A DNA stretch of 57,618 nt, filler included, from Sphacelaria rigidula (Eukaryota), in the NCBI GenBank assembly GCA_964200075.2. It is 6 parts of 6 records of this genome, joined end to end, with 100 filler letters (N's around TTAATTAATTAA, not from the genome) between each part and the next. Parts side by side here need not be neighbours in the genome. Positions count along the whole stretch, not along the records: positions 19,242 to 28,761 come from CAXNAA020008305.1; positions 28,862 to 38,380 come from CAXNAA020008306.1; 4 more parts are not named here. One strand, 5' to 3'. The first letter of the stretch is position 1, and each line of letters starts with the position of its first letter. This document shows, piece by piece, positions 24,750 to 34,300 of the stretch. The translations under genes and the position numbers were made by a program. Below the pieces are notes generated by a model. The model did not search any database, was not told the origin of the DNA, and was given only the letters and a program-made list of their open reading frames with translations.

Positions 24750-26010
24750 GAAAATTCCACATCATGGACAATATAATATGTTTCCAACATATGTCAGTCG
24801 ATCATGTTGGAATTTTGCGATATATTGTCAGCGTAATATATATATATATATATATTGGTACCCTTAGACTGCAAACGTATTGCGCGCCCAATATATATAT
24901 TGATGTCGTGGGACTGCATACATATTGCCCGCTTAATATATATACATTGGTACTGTGGGGTTGAACACATATATTGTCCCATCAATATATATTGGGGCAG
25001 CGTGGGCGACAGCATATTGGACGAACAATTTATTTCAGGGTCGCATCGATGAAAACATATTGACCAGTCAATAATATATATTGGGTCTGCGTGGGTGCCG
25101 ATGTATTGGCCGGAAAAAATATTAATTGGATATTAAAATTATGGTCTACGCTGTAAGGAAGGTCCAGACGCGATTGATGCCGGAGCCCGTCCAGATCGGG
25201 AAAAGCTTTAAAGGGAGCCGCAGAAGTTCGCGTGCATCACTATGGAGAGTCAGAAAGTATGGTGACAGAAGAGGCGACCCGGTATAACGCCTTCTGATAC
25301 CCATCTGGCCACCGGTGCGAGACCACCCATCTCCTTCACAGCATGTAATTAATATATCTTGACTAAACATCACAATAGCAGAAAACGCGGGTCGATATGC
25401 GCCTTTTGGTACCCCTGCGGTCACCGGGGCTGTGTTGCTTATACCCTGGATAATACAATATGTTCCAATATGACACCAATACTTTGTATTGGAGCCAGCT
25501 CAAACATTGTCCTTTCAATATATATTGTGTTGAGATGTCCTCGGAGACATTGAAGCAACAACATAAATACGTATTGTAACCGTCGATTCCCTCGTGTATC
25601 GTCCGCCCAATATATATTGGACGTATCGACGCACGACATATTGGGGCGGCAATATGTATTGACGCTTCGGGTGTTGAGTATATTGAATCATCAATAATAT
25701 ATATATTGATCTCGTGTGGCAGCCAATAAATTACTCGACAAATATATGTTGGTGCTTTCTCGCACCAACATATTACTCAGCCAATATATATTGAGGTGGC
25801 GCGTGTCGTGATATATTGTTCGGTGGATATGTATTGCATGTCGCGGGCCTTGACATGTTGATGATGGAAAAAAATATATTGGTCCTCTCTCGTGCCATCA
25901 TTTTGCTCGCCCAATGTATATTGACCACCCGACGCGTCGACATACCGAGCGGGCAATATATATATATATATATATTACATATTGCATTGTCCAGGGCATG
26001 GAAAATTCCC
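24750..26010. mobile_element. Cluster of elements with (CCC)TGGACAAT termini and two arrays of ~42-bp CAATATATATTG-cored units
   Basis: Termini: catggacaatataatatg (24763), ccctggataatacaatatg (25444) and the inverted catattgcattgtccaggg (ends 25996). Array 1 is ~24770-25130; array 2 is 25444-25996 with about 12 units. Confidence 0.75.
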
Positions 26011-27825
26011 GTGTGAGGAGATTGTGCCAGGCTGGAGGAGCGAGAGCTTTCACCAGGAAGAAGGGTGTTTTATGATCAACCCGTTGCCCTTGCATTTGTG
26101 ACCCACGTCCTCAGGCGCTGGCCGCGATGGCCTTGCCCAGAATAACTTTCGAGCAGAGTGGTCGACTTGTTACGTCGAATAGACCCGGACAGCTTTTGTT
26201 GATTTTCCTGTACTGACTGCCTGCTGTACAATAACCGTCGATCATAGCACCGAATTTGACAATGCATGTACAATTGAACAGTTTCGTTTTTTTTTTAATT
26301 TCTTCCATAGAATCAACCCGACTCCCAATAGCTGCGGGAAAAGTGCTCGCTTCGGGTTAGGTCAAACGTACGAAAATACTGTCGAACAATCATACCAAAC
26401 TGTTCTAGGATTTGTGTTCCGGGTTATTGATTATTTTCCAATCGAGTACTCCATGTGTCATACGTTTGCTATGCTTAGGCCGACAGGTCATGTGCCAATT
26501 TTGAGTCTGTGATTTCTGGTGGATAGCTGACCCCCGGGTTGACATAGTCTTTTGGGAACTCGTCTCAAACCACGTTTACCAGCACCTAGCCTGTTCGCCA
26601 ATAGTGCAAAAAGCACCTACGCCATCGACGGACTGCGATATCAGAGGTGTCTCTGGTCTTCTGCTAATGTAAGCCTGACTTCCCTGCAACAGATAGATGC
26701 TGTTCTAACATCTTTGCTGGCCAAGAGCATGCCACCCGAATTTATGGACATCGGTCGACTCGCTGTTCTGTAAGTCGAACTCAACGAATCGGTACCCTGG
26801 AATGTGGTTGAGCGCAACTGCGCGGGTGCCCACGAATTGGCACTCATCACGCCTGGATGGTAACAATCGATTCGTGATATGGTATGGTGTCCGATGCGTG
26901 CTTGTGTAAAGTCAACCGCGTCATGCTCCCAACCAACATATTTTGAAGGGGAGGGTTTTGGCGTGCAACTTTGATCTGGTGACACGTTACTTCATTTATA
27001 ACGAGTGAACAATGTGCTTGTTAAAGGGTGATGCAAATCTCAGCTGCAATATCGCTTTATTCAATATGAAGTAGGCAGAGTGCAAGTTCAGAGCTGAATG
27101 TCCCTCATGTGTTTTAAAAGCAGGAACAGTGTACCATAGCACACCGCTTTCAGTTCCCTACACTCTCTCTTTGAATTGGTCAAACATGGTTTAGTATGCT
27201 CAGCAGTAAAAGAAAGCATAGACTAGGTAGGCTGCTTTGCCGTGTCGGTGTCCTGCGTGCTCCGGTTTCCCGCCCGGGTTGTACCATATCACAATCATTC
27301 CCAATCAGAGCGCCACCAACGGCTTTATGCCCGGGTGACTTGTCAACACTTGTTCTTGCTACAATGGAGTGTCGCGCTCTGCGATACGACGGAGACAACC
27401 AGGCCTTCAAAGCAATAGACCTAGCCAATATATAAATTGAAGGGAAGGTATTTACGGTCGCGAGCGTAAACGAGCTCATCAGAACGAGCTACAACTTATC
27501 ATCTAATCGGAACGAGCTCATTCGAACGTGCTACAATTTATCATCTCAACGGATGCGTCGTCCTACTTGGGGTGCCACACTTCGGGGCTTTTGGGGGCAG
27601 CTGTTCCACACAGCTGCTGTCCTACCCAGGCCAGCGTAGTTTGGTTTTTGCCGCGTGGTGGTGCTGCTGTTTTTCTGTCTGCATTTCGTTGCCGCGTTGG
27701 TGTACCGTTGCCATTTGTTGCTGTTGAACTTTCGCCGGGCGGCTGTGCTGTTGCTTGTTGATGCCGTGCCACGGCCGTTTTGCTGGTGCCCTGTTGCCCT
27801 CTGTTGTTTGCTGTTTGCTGTTTGC

Positions 27826-27841
27826 TGTTGTTGTTGTTGTT

Positions 27842-27923
<82 letters not shown>

Positions 27924-27955
27924 GTTGTTGTTGTTGTTGTTTGTTGTTATTGTTT
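27826..27955. repeat. (TTG)n microsatellite
   Basis: Long, nearly perfect TTG run with degenerate flanks. Confidence 0.98.
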
Positions 27956-28761
27956 GTTGCTTTTGTTGCTGCTGCTATCAGCGTTGCTGTTGCTGCTACT
28001 GCTGCTGTTTCCGCTAAGCTTTCCGCTACCCTGTTTTGCGGTTGCTGTCCCGCTTATATGCTCATAGTTTTTTCGCATGTTGGCATATGCACGTGTATTT
28101 TCCGCCCTCATGTAACCATCAAGCAATCTGTACCACCTTGTTCCACTTTAACCGCACGGTTTTTGTCCGCGAATGTTTGTCATTGTCACACGTGCCCCGA
28201 CTGTCACGACTAAGGCTTCCACGTGTCCGTTCTCCTGACATGCACGTCCGCACGGTGATGAGACTGTGTTTGCCGTTTTGCCCACTTACACACCGTAGTG
28301 GCTTCGCCTGCATTGCGTCGCCTTCATCTTACCTGTTACCAATTGTTTGTTGGTCGTTTGAGCGTTTGTTTTGAGACCGCTGTTGTCCGTAATGTTTGTT
28401 ATTTTGATTATTACGGTTTGATGTGGCCGTCCTTTCTATTGCTGGTCCTTCTGGACTGACCATTGCCCCGCGAGGGTGCTTCTGATATATCACCTGCCGA
28501 AAACAAGCTGCGTAACTCATGCTCAACGTTACTTGGGATGGAACCAAAAACAAAGACCAATGAGTATAGTGGTCAGTACACCTCCGCATTTGTACAAGCA
28601 ACAGAGGATTCTATAAAATGAGGTTCGTCAATGAAATGAGGTTTGAGCTCAAAACAGTACTTTCTCCACGCTTTCAGCGATGGTGCCCAATGACTTTCTT
28701 GTCGGCCTAATGCCCCTCGATCGCGTAGATACTTCTTTAGCGCATTTTATCGACTATGTGA

Positions 28762-28861
28762 NNNNNNNNNNNNNNNNNNNNNNNNNNNNNNNNNNNNNNN
28801 NNNNNTTAATTAATTAANNNNNNNNNNNNNNNNNNNNNNNNNNNNNNNNNNNNNNNNNNNN
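28762..28861. other. Artificial contig linker
   Basis: 44 N + TTAATTAATTAA + 44 N. Confidence 0.98.
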
Positions 28862-29287
28862 TCGAAGGGCATTTCTCCTCTTGTGAAACCCCTTTTCTGG
28901 AAAACGACCGCTGATTGGTCGCTGCGATCCCCCCCCCCCCCCGAAGAAAAAAAAAGTGCTCTGAGATCGTTTTTTTTGCGAAAAAGTTTGTGATCACTCC
29001 CTGAAATCCTCAAAAGTGGAATTCCGGACACCTACCTCGACGTGAACATGCATAGGTCCACCACACAATCCAACACAATTAACCTGAGGAAGTTGCTGGC
29101 ACCGCGAATCGAAAAACACGCAGCTCGAGCCGTAGCTGCTCATCATCATCATGAGCACGTTGTGCGTGACCTTGCTGAAATCTGTTCAGAATTCGTTGAA
29201 AAATAATCATTTGCCTGAGACGCGCGCACAGCACGCGCGCACAAGCGGTCAGCAACGACACGTATTCCGTTATTTTTGACTTGACAA

Positions 29288-29440
29288 CACCGGTCGCCCC
29301 GGTGGCTCAGTTGGTAACCTCGAAACCTCCTGACGGGCTGGGTCGTGGGTACCAACTGAGCCACCGGGGCGACCGGTGGCTCAGTTGGTAACCTCGAAAC
29401 CTCCTGACGGGCTGGGTCGTGGGTTCGAATTTCGCAGCGA
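29288..29440 (+). repeat. tRNA-derived (SINE-head) sequence with duplication-inversion-duplication rearrangement
   Basis: A-box TGGCTCAGTTGG and B-box GGTTCGAAT. Exact 52-bp direct repeat at 29299-29350 and 29373-29424; exact 29-bp inverted repeat at 29288-29316 and 29350-29378. Confidence 0.9.
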
Positions 29441-30057
29441 TCTGGAGAGTATATGGTCAATGGATGCATTGGACAATAATATACTGGGTTAACTATAGGT
29501 CGACTGCATATGTTGACCATATTTTGTCATCATCCAGGGCGTGCATTATTTTGAAGGTCTTTGGGTCCATCGGGGGTTGTCAGTCAGTAGTACTCGAGGT
29601 ACTTTGGAGTACTCAATCATGACGGAGTGTATCAGGCAGTCGATACTACAGTTACTTGCGCGGTGGGGGCAGGGTACCCTCATCACTCTGAGTATCTCAT
29701 GAACCATTCGTCTTGCTTCATTTGGTGTTCTTCGCAGGCCGTTTCTTCCTAAAGTATCGCGATGAACATGTCAGGCTCGAATCCGTGGACGGCGTACCAG
29801 GGTAGCGATGGTCGTCCAATCTGGTGAGTTTCATGGCTTGTATGTACAGTGAACGATCATATCTGTTTGCAATGCATGCATAGTGCACTGTATAGTGTTG
29901 TGTACTGTTGTTCGTTGCGCTGATGAAGCATAATTTCTTCCCCATGTGAAAAGATCTTGTATCTCCGTGAAGATCTTGCACCCAAGTAAAAGATTGTAGG
30001 CATCAAATCATGTCACGCACGAGTAAGGTAAAGCATGAGGGGGAAACTCACAGTAGA

Positions 30058-30381
30058 GTTTCACCACTTGGGATGGTGAGAAATTTCTGAGATTGTTCGA
30101 CTTGATTCTAGGGTGAACAGCGAAAATCCGGATCTTCAATGGGGCTATGTTCCAAGCGTGCTCCTAGCTTGCGCAGGACGCGTTTTGGTCGAAATCGGCG
30201 CCCGGGGCGCCGATTTAAGGTCTGGCAAAGCACCCTTTGCCTATATTACCCTCTCCACCCCCTCGCCCGAGGGTTCTCGGTGTGCCTTCGTTGGGGTTAG
30301 GGTTAGAGTTAGTGTTGGTGTTATAATTTGTTCGAAGTCATGAGTTTCTGCGAAATTTCTCCCCATCCCAAGTGGTGAACT
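30058..30381. mobile_element. MITE with ~29-bp TIRs (TTCACCACTTGGGATGG..AGAAATTTC)
   Basis: Left end ttcaccacttgggatggtgagaaatttc; right end gaaatttctccccatcccaagtggtgaa. Carries a short TTAGGG-like tract at ~30293-30312. Confidence 0.8.
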
Positions 30382-30429
30382 GACATCGAAACTCATTGGG
30401 GGGTGTCATGTATATCCAGGAGTTGGAAC

Positions 30430-30504
30430 GGTGCTCCGTCTCGAAAGGGATGCGTGATCAATGGTCGAACGACTTGGGCAAGCAACAAATGAGTACGCCC
30501 CCCC
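30430..30504. repeat. Short dispersed repeat CTCCGTCTCGAAAGGGATGCGTGGTCAATGGTCAAATGACT
   Basis: Related copies lie at ~31103-31170, ~46405-46450, 48100-48145 (reverse) and ~16160-16225 (reverse, diverged). It resembles the head of the 7356-7824 family. Confidence 0.8.
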
Positions 30505-31325
30505 TTCACTCCCTTTTAAATGGGGAGACACTCATGAGGTCGTTCAACCCGTGTGGCTGTCTCTGGAAGTGCCTACACCAGAAAGTGAAGCAGCTCATTG
30601 GAGGATGTCATCCATATGTAAGATAATCAGCACGCTTCGGGCCGAACAATCTTCGCAGGATCCAGCTCACAACCGCCATGCGACTCGCCGAACGCATGAC
30701 AGCGTTTCACGCTTGGTGATTGATTGTGAGCCTGGTCCGGCGAAAAACCCGTGCTCCGTCCCAGCTTTGTAGGGATGCGAGATCAATATTCATATGACTA
30801 CGGCATTCAAGATCGTTTGTAAACGAGCCCCCTCTACTTCACGTGGCGGAGCAACAAGGAGTAAAACAGATGCAGTGGGAGATTATTGTAAACTATGCAA
30901 GGAGAACTGAACGAAGGGGACTATGATACCCTCCAATGGTACTACGGAGAGCGGTGAGGTAATGATTGCTGTATATACTAGGAGATAAGTGGTGGCCACG
31001 GTCGGCAAAACAGAGGAGGGAATGAGATGATGCAATTGGCTTTTGGAATAAGCGTAATGAGCGCCGGAATGTCAAAGGCGTCTGTGTTAGAAGTAGGAAG
31101 GGTGCCCCGTCTCGCAGGGATGCGTGGTCAATGGTCAAATGACTGGGGCTAACAACAAATTAATACGCCCCCCCCCCCCCACCCCCCCCGCCAACCACCC
31201 CCACCCCCCCCCACCCCCCCCCACCAACCNNNNNNNNNNTCTGGGGGGCGGGCGTAAATCTGAAATTCGGCGGGGTAAACAAAAATCTTTCCCCCCCCCC
31301 CCCCCCCCCCCACCCAACAAAACAG

Positions 31326-34300
31326 GTACAACCCCTTGACGAGTGAGTGGACTTACGACCCAGTGGTCGCCGGAGCTCAGGGGACCGCCGCTGGCAACAT
31401 GTATATGAACGGGGGTATGGGCAGCATGGGCAGCATGGGCGGCATGGGCAGCATGGGCGGCATGGGCGGCATGGCGAACTCCTCTTACTCCGCCTATTCG
31501 ACCCCGGCGGCCGGAGTGATGGGTGGAATCTACCCCAGTCAGCCGATGCCGTCACCCATGACGATGGGGGTCGCTCAGGGGCCCATGTACATGCAGCAGC
31601 CTCCGTTTGTCGCCAGCCAGGTGAGTGCCGCGGGAAGTGTAGTAAGGCGGAATTAGCGACATAATACATGGGCGATAAAAAATGCGGAGTGATGCGGGAC
31701 GATTCAAAGACGTGCGAGAACAATCGAAGGTACTCCGAGTGCAGGGGGTGATGCAGAGTACTTGCGAAGTCGTTTTCTTCTGTGCAGGAAGAAAGGAGAG
31801 AGGGGAACGGCGAGAGGGGGGGAGAGGTAGGGAGTGTACGTACAATAGGGGGTAAGTTTTTTCAAGCTTACAAGGTTCGATGCGCTGGGTCAGCAGAGGT
31901 GGGGTGATATATGGGTATTCAATGAGCGATGTCGCTCGTTTGAAATAAGGGGTGTCACCTTGTATCCAACGTTTTTTGTTCCTCCTCTTCCGTTCCCTCG
32001 GTCTCCATAAGTTCTGGACTTGGTAACAATGCTACGGGAGGGGCTGCACTTCTTGCTTCTGGGTCTCTTTTTTGTAGGAGCCCAAACACATGGGGCTTGC
32101 TGCGCAACCCAAATCTGCGGAAACCGGACTCCCAGAAACATGGTTGCATGCAGGGGCTTTTTCGTGAATCGGCATCATTTATTCAGTCCTTTCCAAGTAA
32201 AAATGATGCCGATTCTCAAAATGGTCCGTCCAACACCCCGAGCAGACCCAACAAGCATTTTTGCTGAAAAAGTGTAACCTCTACTAGAGGTATCTCAAAC
32301 TCGACTCCCGTTATCCTGGTTTGCTTTGTTCTATTTTTCAAATGAAAGTGATGCCGATTCATCAGATGATGTGACCCTTTGACCGCCAGGTCAGGTCCTC
32401 CCACGAATCGCGATCACTTTCACTTGAAAAAATAGTACACAACTCGGAGTTCAGGAGTAAACCAGGATACCGGGAGCCGAGTTTGAGATACCTCTACTAG
32501 TAGCATTGCTTTTCAGACCCACTTTTATGTCAAACACGAATCTCACTTTTTTCAAAGTCGCATAACGAATTGTATGGACACGGATTTGGACCAAATGGGA
32601 AACGAAAATGTCGGGGGGTCACGATTTCCGGAGCGGTTTCCCCCGATTTTTCGAAAAAATCGGGGCGAGTCGTTCCGAGATCGTGACTGCCCCCAATTTT
32701 TTTAAGGTGACGTACGTGCATTGACTTACAGTGCCAGAGTACGAGGCCTTCACAATTTTGCAACGGCAGCAGGAGACGGTCTTGTCACAGCACAGGGCAT
32801 GACTACTGCCCGCCCCAGCTTCTGAAGCAACTTCGTACGGGGTTTGACAAGCGGAGAAGAAGTCCCAATGCCATACCCTGCGGCGATAGTGATATTTTAT
32901 GCTGCGCTGAGCTGCCACATGTATCACTACAATATAACGACCGCTACTGTACTCTCCTAGCTGTTGTCGCTGAACTTGAGGGGTGATGTACGGCACTGCA
33001 CTGCTGAACTCTGCTCGCGCACTGTTTGTTCTCTGTTCTCGCGGTACGAGCTGTGCCATCATGTGCAACCACACATTATCATGTACTGACTGTACTAATG
33101 TAGCGTCCTGCACTGTATGACTCCAGGGTACCAAGGTACGACACTGTACTCGAAGGATTGTTTACCGTCTGCCTGCTCTTCGGCTTCACGTACGAGTACG
33201 CAGTGGACCACTCATGCACGAAATGACCGTCTGGGTACAGAACTGTTTCACAGATCTGTGATACCGTACTGTCTGTGCCATAAAACGGTCCGCCCGATTT
33301 TGAGTACACGAATTTGAGTCTCCTCGATTTTTTCAAAATTGGGGTCCCAAAAACATGGAGATTCGTTGCCATAATAGTGGGTGTCACCGGTCTCCCTGAA
33401 AAATGCATTTTTGGCCGTCGTTCCAACCCTCTTGGAACCGTAAATGAAAAAGTGACGAGTTACAAATTCCCATACGCGAGCTTTCGTCACCGAGAAACGT
33501 CAATAAGAGTTCGGTGCACGATCCTGTGACATCATGAGTATACTTGAACTTGGGAGAGGTACACCGTTATGGCGGGTGCGTGATGAACACATGCAGAACA
33601 AGCATATGTTGCTCAAGAAAACGTCAATTGCAATTCGTCACTCTTTCATCAACGGTTCCAAAAGGATTGAAAGAAAAAAAAACTGCGACCGGCCACCGGG
33701 AATCGCAAAGGTGTCCTGGGACCATCTCAACGAGTACAGCGAGGCATTCCAAGGTGTGAAACAAATATGCCCGCTGTAGCTCTCTTGCAGAGCGTGGAAC
33801 GGCGCAGATACTCCAAGAAGGCACTTGTCCAATTTTTTGTTCTTGTTTTGCCACAAGAAGCGGCCTGATTACTCCAAAAACCCGCGCAATTTGTTTTGGC
33901 GTTCACCCTGAACCAAGATGTGTTGGTCAACAAGTTGAGGAATATGCACAGCCTCAGCACTCAAGAGGCGCGAGAAATCATATATATATATATGTTGATT
34001 TTATAATAGAAAATGACCAATATAATGCACAGCCCTACGTTTTCATCACGTAAACCCGTATAGTGCACTAGGCTTATACTAGATGGAGGCTCTCTGCCTG
34101 TCTTTCTGTCTGCCTCTCTCGTCTGATTTCAATTTTTTGTTCTTGTTTCCTTTTGGTTTTTACATGCCATTTTTTTTCTCTTCTCCTCTCCGCTCCTCTC
34201 CGTTCCTGCAAATCAATTTCTTTTCCTCAAGTGTGCTATCCGTTTATCCGTTTATGCCCATCGAGTACCGACCCTTGTAGATATAGGTCGAAGTGAAAAG

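Noticed and set aside
11013..25196. A 14-kb element bounded by long inverted repeats (11013-11450 and 24750-25196)
   Set aside because: The two arms lie on different concatenated segments, so their relative orientation and distance are arbitrary.
25444..25996. CRISPR array
   Set aside because: The conserved part is only ~12 bp and degenerate, the intervening segments share an internal ATATTG motif, no cas-like ORFs are present and the context is eukaryotic.
27655..28213. Poly-Cys, poly-Val and poly-Leu ORFs
   Set aside because: These are three-frame translations of a (TTG)n microsatellite.
29296..29435. Functional tRNA gene (also 16286, 35566, 52515, 9662)
   Set aside because: A and B boxes are present, but cloverleaf arms do not pair properly and most copies continue into SINE bodies.
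31145..31320. Poly-Pro/poly-Gly ORFs around the 10-N gap
   Set aside because: These are low-quality C-run sequence beside a gap; similar G/C runs occur at other contig ends (9622-9660, 19050-19140).
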